A stretch of DNA of 50,306 nt, filler included, from an uncultured Candidatus Peribacteria bacterium (GTDB taxonomy: Bacteria > Patescibacteriota > Gracilibacteria > RBG-16-42-10): the NCBI GenBank assembly GCA_964514565.1. It is 2 parts of 2 records of this genome, joined end to end, with 100 filler letters (N's around TTAATTAATTAA, not from the genome) between each part and the next. Parts side by side here need not be neighbours in the genome. Positions count along the whole stretch, not along the records: positions 25,087 to 50,306 come from CAZERA010000003.1; 1 more part is not named here. The stretch is one strand, 5' to 3'. The notes beneath the pieces are model-generated. The model did no database searches, had not been told where the DNA came from, and worked only from the letters and a program-made list of their open reading frames with translations. Shown piece after piece: positions 40,101 to 49,330 of this stretch (within the stretch, counting starts at the first letter, position 1; each line of letters begins with the position of its first letter). The position numbers and the translations under genes are program-made.

Positions 40101-41631
40101 TATCTAAGCTATCGTCAGTCTGATCTGCTGGGGAAATCTGATAAGAGACTGGGATCTGGTCAATTACAACATAAGCGTTGTAACCGATTGGCCCGCTGTA
40201 CTGCCAGTTGACATCAGTAAAAGTGAAATCACCGTAACCATCAATTACATCCAGATGTGGAGTTCCTGCCTGGGTTTCCGTGAACGGACCAAAGGTGTAG
40301 TTATGTTTTGGTGACATGTTTGTTGGATATCCTGACCGTCCACAGCTACCTTCAGTAAGTAAGTTGTTTCCGGCATCATAAAGACGGAAGGCACTTTGAT
40401 CTACGCTACAGTAAAAATCTGTTCTCAGTGTCAGATAGTATTGGCCACCAGGTTGTACCTGACAAGAATAGCTCACTACGGTATTAGCTACGCTACCACC
40501 AGCTTGATTGATATTTCGACCGAAACATTGAGGATTGAGCGGGTCATTGCCCACTTTGTAATCACCTATACTTCCAGTAGTAGTAGTGTCTAAAACAGTA
40601 TTAGTATTTGCATCAAATAATCGTAGTCTATTACCAGCAACACCAGTAGTTTCACTAGGATCTTGGATACCATCTTGATTGGTATCGTACCAAACACGGT
40701 TACCCACTAGCGATTGTTGTGCTATATGCATACCAATGTCAGTGGCAGTATACGTGCCAGTATTTACGCCAGGAAATTGCTGAATATTGTTGCCGGTTGT
40801 TAAGCGATTGATAGTGGCCAGGCTAGAGATACGGTAGTCTTGGCCAGCTGAAATACCAGTGGTATCTAGTTCATTGAAGCTATAATAACCATTTTCATCG
40901 GTTATTTTTGTGCCGAGAACAGTACCAAACCCTGTGCTTGCTGGTTCTGCCCAGAGATCTATGCCAAGCCCCACATAATCAAAGTCTGGAGTAGCATTGA
41001 CTCCATCACCGTTGAGATCATTGAATACATGACCAGTGATGATGATAGTACCAACTCTAGCATAGGCCGGATCTTTGCTAGTAAATGTTGATTGTGAAGT
41101 AAAGTTAGCATTTGCTGTTGCTGTCATACTAATAGTGCTATTGCCAACACTGAGTCCACTGATGCGAACAAATACACCATCACCAGGTGCAAGTGAGGTA
41201 GGGAAGCCAACACCGGATATGTTGTGCGAACCATCGAAAGTACATGCTGTACCCAAAGTATCAAAATCAAAAGTAGTGTGATCTAGCGTAGTGCCTATAG
41301 CAAAAGTACATATTGGAGTCCCACTCCAGCTACTAAGGTCTTTTGTCTGGAGAAAAATATTCTCAACAGAGGAGGATGAGCCAGAGCTATTGCGAAGGTC
41401 GATATAATATGTGGCTGCTGCACCGCTGGTTAATAGCGGTCCACTACTGGGAGTATCTGCAGCATAATCTGTAGCTCCACTAGTAATCGTGCTTTGAAGA
41501 ATAATTGTATTGGATGCTGAAGAAGCCGGTAAGCTTTCCTTGGTCAAAGGAAGTATCGTACTCAAGCTCAGCAATGTCACTAACACAATTGAAAAAGTCT
41601 TTTTGGAGAAAAAATTTCTAAGGTGGGGCAT
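37195..41631 (-). CDS. Large surface protein: signal peptide, SdrD-B-like domains, 5 DUF11 repeats, Pro/Thr linker, C-terminal SLH domains
   Basis: GNRVWYDTNQDGIQD; five DL.ITK...G.T.TY.I.V.N repeats; FSDV..LTRFE and FSDVP..GIVNG..FYPNQAVT. Confidence 0.88.
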   Translation of the reverse strand: MPHLRNFFSKKTFSIVLVTLLSLSTILPLTKESLPASSASNTIILQSTITSGATDYAADTPSSGPLLTSGAAATYYIDLRNSSGSSSSVENIFLQTKDLSSWSGTPICTFAIGTTLDHTTFDFDTLGTACTFDGSHNISGVGFPTSLAPGDGVFVRISGLSVGNSTISMTATANANFTSQSTFTSKDPAYARVGTIIITGHVFNDLNGDGVNATPDFDYVGLGIDLWAEPASTGFGTVLGTKITDENGYYSFNELDTTGISAGQDYRISSLATINRLTTGNNIQQFPGVNTGTYTATDIGMHIAQQSLVGNRVWYDTNQDGIQDPSETTGVAGNRLRLFDANTNTVLDTTTTGSIGDYKVGNDPLNPQCFGRNINQAGGSVANTVVSYSCQVQPGGQYYLTLRTDFYCSVDQSAFRLYDAGNNLLTEGSCGRSGYPTNMSPKHNYTFGPFTETQAGTPHLDVIDGYGDFTFTDVNWQYSGPIGYNAYVVIDQIPVSYQISPADQTDDSLDSDITSALPSGTEYRTDNFFFQLDHFNTDIDVGLYGPPPPTTDLTITKTVSAPSTALGDTVTYTITVTNTSSATNVVVTDMLPASLGYLAQNASVGSYSSGSGDWVIGDMAGNSSETLTIDAVINDVSGSTITNTASVTSDTVELNATDNTDSVDISPTAPPPTVSADLEITKTAVAPDPQLGNTITYTISVTNNSGVATATGVVVTDLLPSSVNYTGQSASLGTYVPGTGEWAIGDITPGSTSTLSLDVTITDDSAKIYNTATVTSSTFDPSNTNDSSTVSTTPTTPPPPPTDTDMLITKSVTTSPSGPSLGSTVTYTISVNNQSLTTIATDVEVTDMLPSALTYVSQSATSGSYNDITSTWSIGSMGAGTTEELTITATINDSSSEIFNTASVTSTTTDPTPGNNSDTVSFTPTGAPPSTATDLSITKTVDATTQLLGSTATYTIVVTNTSAVATATGVTVNDMLPSGVTYVTQTATTGTYNDTLSTWAIGSMTPSATATLTITTTINDDSRAINNTATVSSGSFDPVSINNSSTASFTPSTPPPTPSADLSITKTATAPDPQLGGTIVYEVTVTNNSIVTASNGVIVMDTLPSGVHFESASLSVGTLVASMWSIGTLAPSSSAVMSITVTITDTSSTIINTATVFSVTSDPVPGNNSSSANVVPITPSPSPTPTVTSTPSPTPSPTPSVTSTPTPSPSSTSHPGNSGGGIISPPGITVINGGSSSSGSSGWRYTGNDSPARSSTKQAQVVQPSVPPAPTEDPVMCLQTNGIAALSFSDVQVTTDQTKAQFLTSILNRGTNTRLIQGYNAQTYGLGKALTRFELTKIALQSNCLQTDQLHKNTAFSDVPHDNSEMSLIIGTAQALGIVNGKDGKFYPNQAVTYAEMSKILLGSGFYFHQHSPAITYTASFTGITDESFRQYAEYAVRLGLVNLESGSFPQNKPIYRDTMLQVLSRYISYLKNITITG
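39985..39997 (-). repeat. C13 homopolymer tract in the coding strand
   Basis: 13 consecutive G on the + strand, encoding G-PPPP. Confidence 0.9.
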
Positions 41632-41735
41632 TTCGATTTGTTATTGTTTCTACTAAGTATAACAAAAAACTGCCCTTTTACCAAAAGATATTAGCTTATA
41701 ATTGCTTTGAGTGAAGAATTAAGCGATTGTCTTGA

Positions 41736-42269
41736 TTATTTGGTGCCTGGTTTAGTTGTTGTTCTAACTAAACATGCTGGAGTAATTGAAAATGTACCTG
41801 TTTGGTGGGGATGTGAAACAGCTACCATACAATCAGATCCAATCCTGGTTACTTTTAATAAAGTCTTGGGGTCAGTACTTCTCATTACTACACTACCTAT
41901 AGTAATGTTTTTATCTCTGATTTCTAGCCATCTGCTTTTTGTGGATCTTCGAAGATCAGTACTAGCGTTTATTACTTTATTCCCTATTCGCCAACATGAA
42001 TAAGTTTTTGGGGTAATACTTTGGGTCTCCATGAATATACAATACGCTGCGTATGCGACTCTTTCACCTATTGAGTACTCATTCGTCCCAGTTATTGCTT
42101 CAGCAATAGCTTTTCTAGTAGCTCTTTTTTTCCTTAATGTGCCAAGATGGGCAAATACTTCCTGTCTAATAACCTTGCGCGTTGCTGCATAACTACTGCC
42201 TTGACCTGCTTGTTCAGGTAATAATGTCCCATGCAGGGTCTTTGTTAGCTGTCTTTTGCTTAATAACAT
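41736..42269 (-). CDS. Basic hypothetical protein
   Basis: ORF; ATG 42269 preferred. Confidence 0.55.
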   Translation of the reverse strand: MLLSKRQLTKTLHGTLLPEQAGQGSSYAATRKVIRQEVFAHLGTLRKKRATRKAIAEAITGTNEYSIGERVAYAAYCIFMETQSITPKTYSCWRIGNKVINASTDLRRSTKSRWLEIRDKNITIGSVVMRSTDPKTLLKVTRIGSDCMVAVSHPHQTGTFSITPACLVRTTTKPGTK

Positions 42270-42359
42270 ATGTTTTGAATAAAACTGTTGGTAAGAAAAT
42301 ACATTAAAGCTCACTTTTGTTAAAATAAGATTAAAGCTTTTGAGGCTTGATGCCGACTA

Positions 42360-43175
42360 TTAATCTTTTTTTAATATTTCCAGGGGATAAATGAAGAAAA
42401 CTTCTTGAGCAAGTGAGAACGACGCTGGCGGCATACTAGCAACTGTATTTTTGAGAGTTTGATCTAATTTTTCTTCGCGAGTGACGTATTGGAAAAAGGG
42501 GATTGCTTCTGGTTTGATGCCCATAGGATTACAAAACTGAGAACGATCCCACTTCTTGCTATTCCATGGCCATTGTTTGAATAGAGCCGTGTTGGTATGT
42601 AAATAGGCCTCGATATCTTCACTAGCCAACAACTGAGCATCATACAGATGGCGAATCTGCCATATTAGATTTTTCTGACTGTTGATTAAGATCACCAATA
42701 TACCTGTAGGTGATAGTAGCGATTGATAGTAATCAATTTTGTCTTTCTCTACTCCATACCAACTATTGAGAGAGAGAATGAGATCATACTTTTGGGCTGT
42801 CTGATAGGTATTGGCGTCTTGTAATAAGAGCTGATGTGATTCGCTGGATAGAGTATGAAATTCTTCTTTGGCTGTATGCAGCAGTGATGCTGAGACATCC
42901 AGTCCAGTATAACTACCTACTTTGTATTCAGCTTTTAGTTGATGCAGCACATGCTTGGTCATAGCACCATCGCCACAGCCGATTTCAAGCACATGGAGAT
43001 GATCTTTGTTTGTTGGATCCGGCCATTGATCATGAAGCTTTTCTACTAAAAAATCCCCAGCTTCTTTTTCTACAGGCCACAAGAAGTGTTTAAACTTTTT
43101 AAATATTTCTACGAATGCGTCAGACTGATAGTCGGCTTGATATTGCTGTGCAGATAAATTCATGGAGATGCTCAA
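42360..43175 (-). CDS. Class I SAM-dependent methyltransferase
   Basis: VLEIGCGDG, YTGLDVS, YDLILS. Confidence 0.88.
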   Translation of the reverse strand: MSISMNLSAQQYQADYQSDAFVEIFKKFKHFLWPVEKEAGDFLVEKLHDQWPDPTNKDHLHVLEIGCGDGAMTKHVLHQLKAEYKVGSYTGLDVSASLLHTAKEEFHTLSSESHQLLLQDANTYQTAQKYDLILSLNSWYGVEKDKIDYYQSLLSPTGILVILINSQKNLIWQIRHLYDAQLLASEDIEAYLHTNTALFKQWPWNSKKWDRSQFCNPMGIKPEAIPFFQYVTREEKLDQTLKNTVASMPPASFSLAQEVFFIYPLEILKKD

Positions 43176-43334
43176 ATGCTTTTCTGAGAAAACTTAATCT
43201 TTTTTTGAATATGCTTCAAGAGAGAGAAATGGGCAGCCGAAATAGTAGATAGTAAGTAGTAATCTTGGATAGCCAAATTATTTACTAATACCGCGTTTGT
43301 TTCGGTAGATCTAAATAAAGCTCCTCCAATATTC

Positions 43335-43368
43335 AGCCGCTAAACTGTTCATTATTCATTATTCACTA
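43335..43368 (+). repeat. Family B repeat copy
   Basis: agccgctaaactg ttcatta ttcatta ttcacta. Confidence 0.75.
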
Positions 43369-43473
43369 GCATCCCCATATTGACTTCTTCACTGATTGTT
43401 TCACTCTCACGAAAGTGCTATTATCCTTTCTAAAACTTTTTCCGCTAATTTTTATAAAAGAAAAAGTGATATT

Positions 43474-44088
43474 ATGAAAAAAGAATCAACTCTCTTGGTT
43501 TGTAATTTGGGTGGTATCGACGACAGCGAATGTCTCGGTGAATTAGTAGACACAAATGGTGTCCAGGCCCCAGTATACGGAGAAGTATTTGAAGCCGTGC
43601 AGTACTATCTGAGCGAGACTGAACGTGTGAATAACCTTTTGCTAGGTCAAGGTATTGCTACATGTAGAAATGCTACTATTATTAGTGAATGGCGTAGAGT
43701 AGATGAACTTTTGAAATTCCAGGCAACTAGAAAAATTGCTCAGTTGCCACGCGGTCAGCAAGAATTGTGGCATGTTTTAATGTATAGAAAAAGATTACAA
43801 CTGTGTTTTTTATTGCCGGCTGCAGCTACTGTGCAGAAGGAAAATTTAGAACAACTAAGTTTGGTAAGAGCTTCTATCAGAGCAAACAAAGGAAATGTTG
43901 TGAGTTTGGTAGCTAGTGATCCAGTACAGGCTGGTCCTAAGCAAGTGCTTAGATTGGCAGCTAAGTCTAAGCGTTTTTCTACTGTGCCTCCTAGTAAAGA
44001 AAATGTCGTCCAGGGGCTAACGGTGATTGGTCATGATCATTATTTAGTTTTGCATCCACCGGTACAAAAAATTCTCTTAGCTAGTTAA
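43474..44088 (+). CDS. Hypothetical protein
   Basis: ORF; ATG 43474 preferred. Confidence 0.6.
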   Translation: MKKESTLLVCNLGGIDDSECLGELVDTNGVQAPVYGEVFEAVQYYLSETERVNNLLLGQGIATCRNATIISEWRRVDELLKFQATRKIAQLPRGQQELWHVLMYRKRLQLCFLLPAAATVQKENLEQLSLVRASIRANKGNVVSLVASDPVQAGPKQVLRLAAKSKRFSTVPPSKENVVQGLTVIGHDHYLVLHPPVQKILLAS

Positions 44089-44153
44089 TTGGGGTGTGAT
44101 GCCTTGTCGTCCAAGAAAAAGATATGTTTATATGATGGTATCAAAAGATACTT

Positions 44154-45695
44154 ATGGCAGATCTGATTCGTACTTGTACCTTGACTAGTAAGGAATTTGT
44201 AATTAGCACAGCAGAACAAGCCCATATCGCTAAATTTGAATCTTTGCATCCGTTGTTGCAGCCAGGAGATATTCCTTTGCCGACTATTCATCCTACTGAG
44301 TTTCTTCGTCAAATGCAGAGCTATGTGACCTTGATGGCTCTATTTGATGATAAAAGTTGTATTTCAGGTAAGCCCTTGATTACCCGTTACAATCCAATTT
44401 TAGGCTATAAAGTATGTACCACTGAGGAGTTTTGGAGTGACAAAGTTGATAATACATCTGTAGGGAGGCCTTATGATTTTTCGCGCCCTTTTTTTGAACA
44501 ATGGAATGAGCTTTTGCATGAATGTATTTTGCAGCCCTTAGTACAGATCAATTGTGAAAATAGTCGGTATGTAGACAGTTCGTCATCACTGCGGAACTGT
44601 TATTTGTGTTTTGGCATGGGGGAGAGTGAGGATTGTTTGTATTGTTTGAAGACACGTTATCCTTTGCGCAATCGGGATTGTGTAGATTGTATTGGTATTG
44701 TGGATTGTGAGCTTTGCTATAGCTGTGTGCACTGTGACCGATCGTATGCGTGTCAGCACTGTACAGACTGTCAGGATTCGTATCAGTGTTTTGGTAGTAC
44801 AGATTTGATTGGTTGTAAGTATTGTTTTGGTTGTATTGGTTTGCGTCAGACTGAGTATGCGATTTTTAATGAAGTAGTGGGAAAGGAAGCATATGAAGCT
44901 TTTATGCTAGACGCTAATATCGGTAGCTATCAGTTGCGGACAGAATATTTGCAAAAATGCCTTGCTTTTGTTGCTAAGCATATTGTTGAGATCAACACCA
45001 TTAAAAATAGTGAAGAGAGTTCTGGGTGTTACTTGGATCACTGCAAAAATGCTTATCAATGTGAATTTGGGGAAAACTTGGAAGACTGTGGGTGGAGTAC
45101 CGGCGCTTTTGGCAAAGATATTTGGCGTGGTGAAGTGTATCAAGGTGAGCTTGGTTATCAGTCATCTGTTTTATCTGGTCGTTTGGGATTTTGTAATTCA
45201 ATCAATACTGGCAGTGAAAACTTTTATAGCTACATGATCTTTGGTAGCAATAGTTGTTTTGGTTGTGCCATGCTCAAGCAGAAATCGTATTGTATTTTGA
45301 ATAAACAGTATTCGAAGGAAGAGTATGAAGAGCTGGTACCGAGGATCATTGCTCATATGAAAAGTACTGGGGAGTGGGGGCAGTTTTTGCCCGGACAGTA
45401 TGCTCCCCATCTTTATGAGGAGACACAGGCGGGGGAGACGGGAGGTCGGAGAGCAGAGGTCAGAGGGCAGAGGTTGGCTGCGGATTCAATTGAAGGTTTG
45501 GCGGCTATGCCTGATCATATTAAACATGTTGACTTGGATGCGATATCTCAGCAGACATTTAGATGTGTTTTGACAGGGAAGTCTTTTAAGATGGTGATGC
45601 AGGAGGTGCGGTTTTATGTGGCACAAAATATTCCTTTGCCTCGGGTGCATTGGCAAGAACGATTGCGGATTTTGTTGAAGGAGGTTGTAAAGTAA
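44154..45695 (+). CDS. Cys-rich CPR-type protein, paralog of 20267-21904
   Basis: YDFSRPFFEQ, CFGCIGLR, YCILNKQYSKEEY, GEWGQF. Confidence 0.85.
   Translation: MADLIRTCTLTSKEFVISTAEQAHIAKFESLHPLLQPGDIPLPTIHPTEFLRQMQSYVTLMALFDDKSCISGKPLITRYNPILGYKVCTTEEFWSDKVDNTSVGRPYDFSRPFFEQWNELLHECILQPLVQINCENSRYVDSSSSLRNCYLCFGMGESEDCLYCLKTRYPLRNRDCVDCIGIVDCELCYSCVHCDRSYACQHCTDCQDSYQCFGSTDLIGCKYCFGCIGLRQTEYAIFNEVVGKEAYEAFMLDANIGSYQLRTEYLQKCLAFVAKHIVEINTIKNSEESSGCYLDHCKNAYQCEFGENLEDCGWSTGAFGKDIWRGEVYQGELGYQSSVLSGRLGFCNSINTGSENFYSYMIFGSNSCFGCAMLKQKSYCILNKQYSKEEYEELVPRIIAHMKSTGEWGQFLPGQYAPHLYEETQAGETGGRRAEVRGQRLAADSIEGLAAMPDHIKHVDLDAISQQTFRCVLTGKSFKMVMQEVRFYVAQNIPLPRVHWQERLRILLKEVVK
45441..45475 (-). repeat. 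Family A heptamer array inside a CDS
   Basis: ggaggtc ggagagc agaggtc agagggc agaggtt. Confidence 0.75.
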
Positions 45696-45792
45696 TTGAA
45701 TTTTTAGCTCTTAGTCTTTATTCTGATCTCTCATAGTTGCTATTTACATTTTTCCTGTAAGTGTTAATGTACTCATTTGAATTTCAATAAAT

Positions 45793-46884
45793 ATGACAAC
45801 AAGAAGACCTAGATCACCATCACCTGATGAGACATTGAAAACAACCCCAGTACGACCCACTGGTACTGTGATGGATATGGGGTTGGCTGAGCGAGTGGCA
45901 ACAGAGCATGTAGCGGAAACCAATAAAGATATCGCGTACTATCAAGGTGAGATATACGAGACACTTCAATCAATTGGCTATACCAGTGACTTTGCGCAAG
46001 ATGCAGTACGTTTTTATACCTTGGCTTACAATCACTGCGGTAATTTGTTGATCGCTCGTGAGAAGATTAATCAATATTGTACATTGCGATTAGAGGGTGA
46101 GACGCACGATGTTGTTTGTCAGAAAATTTTGGCCTCTTTACCAAAACAAGATGTTATGGCTGAACCAGTTGCTGATGTGGATTCAACAATTGTTGAGCCC
46201 GAGCAAGGCTTTGATGCTTTTGATAGGCGTTGGCATGACCAACCTCGACTTGCTACACCAGTAGTAAGCCCTGTGGTGGCTACTAGAGACGATATTGCTG
46301 CTCTGCTACCTGCAGCAGTAGCCTCTATGAGACCTGTCCCAGCACCAACAGCACCAACTGCACCGATTGAAGCCGTCATACAGCACCTATCTATGGGGGT
46401 GGATGCGAGTAGAGCTGATACTGTTCTTGAAGCTAATGTGAGAGGTGACATTGCTTTTAGTCAAGCTTTGACAGAGCAACGTTTAGCTTGTCGTCGGATA
46501 TTAATAACTGAAGGTTATTCGCCAGAAATTGCTGAGGAAGGCTCCGTATATTATTCCGAGAAATTGAAAACTTTTGCTATTCCTGCTCGTTCAATGCAAG
46601 AAACTAGAGTCTACTGTCAGCAAAGAAAGTTGGGTGCTTCAATCACTGATGCTACTTTGGCTGCACAGGGAAAGCTAATTGGTATACCTGCGCATGATGA
46701 TGCTATGGATGCAAATCTAGAAAGAGCAATGGTCGAAAATAGGGAGAGAGGGGGAATTCGCAATAAGATTTTGATGGTCGTAGGTGTTGGCGTATTGCTG
46801 GCTGGTGTCATTGGTGGCGCTTATTATGTCGGTGCTCATAGAGGTGAAACTCCAGTGGAGACTCCACCTGCTGCACAACCTTAA
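45793..46884 (+). CDS. Hypothetical tail-anchored protein with two ~50-aa repeats
   Basis: C-terminal TM ILMVVGVGVLLAGVIGGAYYVG; internal repeat. Confidence 0.7.
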   Translation: MTTRRPRSPSPDETLKTTPVRPTGTVMDMGLAERVATEHVAETNKDIAYYQGEIYETLQSIGYTSDFAQDAVRFYTLAYNHCGNLLIAREKINQYCTLRLEGETHDVVCQKILASLPKQDVMAEPVADVDSTIVEPEQGFDAFDRRWHDQPRLATPVVSPVVATRDDIAALLPAAVASMRPVPAPTAPTAPIEAVIQHLSMGVDASRADTVLEANVRGDIAFSQALTEQRLACRRILITEGYSPEIAEEGSVYYSEKLKTFAIPARSMQETRVYCQQRKLGASITDATLAAQGKLIGIPAHDDAMDANLERAMVENRERGGIRNKILMVVGVGVLLAGVIGGAYYVGAHRGETPVETPPAAQP

Positions 46885-46957
46885 ATTACTACTTGTTTTC
46901 TCCTGCATTGCGAGAGAGAATAACTTTAAATTATTACTCAAATTTTAATCACCATTT

Positions 46958-47689
46958 ATGTCTGCAAAACTGAATCCTGAAGTACGTCAATCTCGTACAG
47001 TGATGGGGGTCTCTCCCGAAGCAGATCAATTGGCTTTGACGCGACAGCGAGTGGCCACTGCATTTGGATTGGAAGCTTCTGCAATTGAAGTAGCAAATCC
47101 TCGTGGTGAGAGAGCTAAAGTGCGAGAGTATGATGCTAAAGCTCGTCGCCGACCATCTCCAGTCCAGAAGGTGGCAGCTGTTGCAATCAATGATGGGAAG
47201 ACTGTACTGATGGATGGAGTTGAGGATGGGCGTACGGTGTGGTGTAAGGCTATTGCCAGTATGAGCATGGGGTGTTATGAGGAGTTGCTAGGGCGATTTT
47301 CACATGAAATAGCAAATGATGCTGCTCTGTTTTATGGTACTTTGTTGGATTCTTTTACAAGTCCACAAGATGCTATGGCAAAAGCTAGCTATTATGCAGA
47401 GCAACGCCATCTTGGCTTAGATGATGTCGGTGCCAAAGATGTGGTTGCTGGTAATAGAGCACCTTTTAGTCAAATTGTTGAGCGTGTTAGTGGAGAGGTA
47501 GGAACAAACTTAGACTCAGTGGTAGTTGATCCAGAGCAAGCTGTGGTTTTACCAGTTACATCTCACTCTCGGCTCAAGGTAGCAGCAATTGTTTTTGGTT
47601 TAGGTGTAGCACTTGCTGGTGGTGTTTGTGCTGTGCGTAAATTAGTAAATAACGTAGTTTCTGTTAGTAGTCAGACTCAACAACGCTAA
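46958..47689 (+). CDS. Hypothetical tail-anchored protein with one copy of the same repeat
   Basis: C-terminal TM VAAIVFGLGVALAGGVCAV. Confidence 0.7.
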   Translation: MSAKLNPEVRQSRTVMGVSPEADQLALTRQRVATAFGLEASAIEVANPRGERAKVREYDAKARRRPSPVQKVAAVAINDGKTVLMDGVEDGRTVWCKAIASMSMGCYEELLGRFSHEIANDAALFYGTLLDSFTSPQDAMAKASYYAEQRHLGLDDVGAKDVVAGNRAPFSQIVERVSGEVGTNLDSVVVDPEQAVVLPVTSHSRLKVAAIVFGLGVALAGGVCAVRKLVNNVVSVSSQTQQR

Positions 47690-47694
47690 TACAT

Positions 47695-48657
47695 TTACTT
47701 TTTCCAGAGTTTTTTAGCCAAGGCTGCAAAGGTCTTGGCTTTTTCTGGATCTGATTCGCAGTCGATTTCCATGCCGCGCCATACTGCTTTGCCATGACGC
47801 ATTTGCAGTTTTGATTCTACTTCGAGTTGATCTGCCACTGTATGTGCTGCTCTAAGAATGGCATTTGCACCATCTTCATGTTCTTCTGGATCCACTGTCA
47901 GACAAATCCGTTTCAAATCTGCTGTCCACATCGTCGCCTTGAGTAGACTGCTTTGATTGTTGAACGGATCAAATGCTGGGGACAGTAGATATTCGAGTAG
48001 GCCGGGTGATTGGTACAGGGCATGTTTTACGATTTCAGCAATGCCCAAAGATATTTCGTGTTCTGATAAACTGGGTAAAAAACGTTCGTCTAAAATAATC
48101 CGATTGGGTTCGTAATAGCTGCGATAGAAATGGCGTTCATAAACATCGTCTTTGACTCGATGGATACGTACTTTTCCACCGATACTAGTATCAGACATAC
48201 TGAGCACAGTAGTGGGGATATAAGTGGCTTCACATTGCCATTGTTCAGCAATGTACCCGACGGCATACAATAAGGATCCGCCGCCAATAGCTGCAATCTT
48301 GCCGCCTTTTAGGCCTTGAATATGTTGTAAAGAAGAAGATAGATCTTTGATTTCTTCCCATTCTATTTCGTGCGATTTGAGCAAGATTACTGGGGCGTCC
48401 TTGTGGATGATTTGTTTGATCCATGCTTCTTTGGAGACTTTGTGGTCAAGAAAGATCAGGGTGCAATCACTAAAATCTTTAGCTACTAGCTTCTGAGCAG
48501 TGAGGCTATAGCTCTTCAGATGGGCAAAACGAGGATGATTGGGGGATACGGGAAAAGTAATAGGGTGACGCAAAATATGAGCAGCAGAAAGCTTTTGGTA
48601 CTTGTGATCAAGTGCTTGTGTCTCTAGCAATATCTGACTCAGTAAAGGAGAGGCCAT
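47695..48657 (-). CDS. Divergent 3-dehydroquinate synthase-like protein
   Basis: IGGG, IPTT..MSDTSIGGK, AEIVKH, HT..E, HG.AV. Confidence 0.8.
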   Translation of the reverse strand: MASPLLSQILLETQALDHKYQKLSAAHILRHPITFPVSPNHPRFAHLKSYSLTAQKLVAKDFSDCTLIFLDHKVSKEAWIKQIIHKDAPVILLKSHEIEWEEIKDLSSSLQHIQGLKGGKIAAIGGGSLLYAVGYIAEQWQCEATYIPTTVLSMSDTSIGGKVRIHRVKDDVYERHFYRSYYEPNRIILDERFLPSLSEHEISLGIAEIVKHALYQSPGLLEYLLSPAFDPFNNQSSLLKATMWTADLKRICLTVDPEEHEDGANAILRAAHTVADQLEVESKLQMRHGKAVWRGMEIDCESDPEKAKTFAALAKKLWKK

Positions 48658-48847
48658 AAAGGCTTATTATCCTACTGAGTATAACCCAGTTTGGCACAAA
48701 GACAATTTAGTTCATGGGCACTAAAGCTAAATTGGCTTTGATTAAATTGTTAATATGTCTTAATAATTTTGTAACATTTTTCTAAAGCTTGTGAGGTAAG
48801 AAGTAATAGGTAAGAGTTAAGAAATGTAGAGGTTATATTCCTATTAA

Positions 48848-48880
48848 AACCTCTGCCCTCGTACCTTTGATCTATGACCT
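48848..48880 (+). repeat. Family A heptamer repeat copy
   Basis: aacctct gccctcg taccttt gatctat gacct. Confidence 0.7.
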
Positions 48881-48946
48881 AATTTTCGCTCACCTTGGCA
48901 GAAGACTAAAGTGCAGTTATTCTTGTGGTGTATTTATACTCACCAA

Positions 48947-49330
48947 ATGAAGATTCCTTTCATTCAGACCAAAGTGCAGGCTGGTTTTCCTAGTCCTGCT
49001 GCTGATTATTTGGAGAAGCCGATCAATTTGCATGACTACTTGGTGTCCAATGTACCTGCTACTTTTTTGGCTCGAGTGGCTGGTGATTCGATGACTGGAG
49101 CCGGGATCTTGCCCAATGATATTGTGGTAGTAGATCGATCGATTACGCCTATTTCTGGGCAGACTATTGTGGCGATGCTAGACGGTGGGATGTTGGTGAA
49201 ATATTGGATAGACCAGGCTGGTAAGAAGTTATTGCGTTCGGCTAATCCTCAATATCTTGATCTCGTGATTACTGAGCAAAGCGACTTTTTGGTGTGGGGA
49301 GTGGTGACTGGTGTAGTGCGAAAGTTATGA
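48947..49330 (+). CDS. umuD: DNA polymerase V autoproteolytic subunit
   Basis: AGFPSPAADY cleavage site, GDSM catalytic Ser, VWGVV. Confidence 0.92.
   Translation: MKIPFIQTKVQAGFPSPAADYLEKPINLHDYLVSNVPATFLARVAGDSMTGAGILPNDIVVVDRSITPISGQTIVAMLDGGMLVKYWIDQAGKKLLRSANPQYLDLVITEQSDFLVWGVVTGVVRKL

Noticed and set aside
37982..41281. Plus-strand Val/Gly-rich ORFs
   Set aside because: Antisense shadows of the Thr/Pro-rich surface protein
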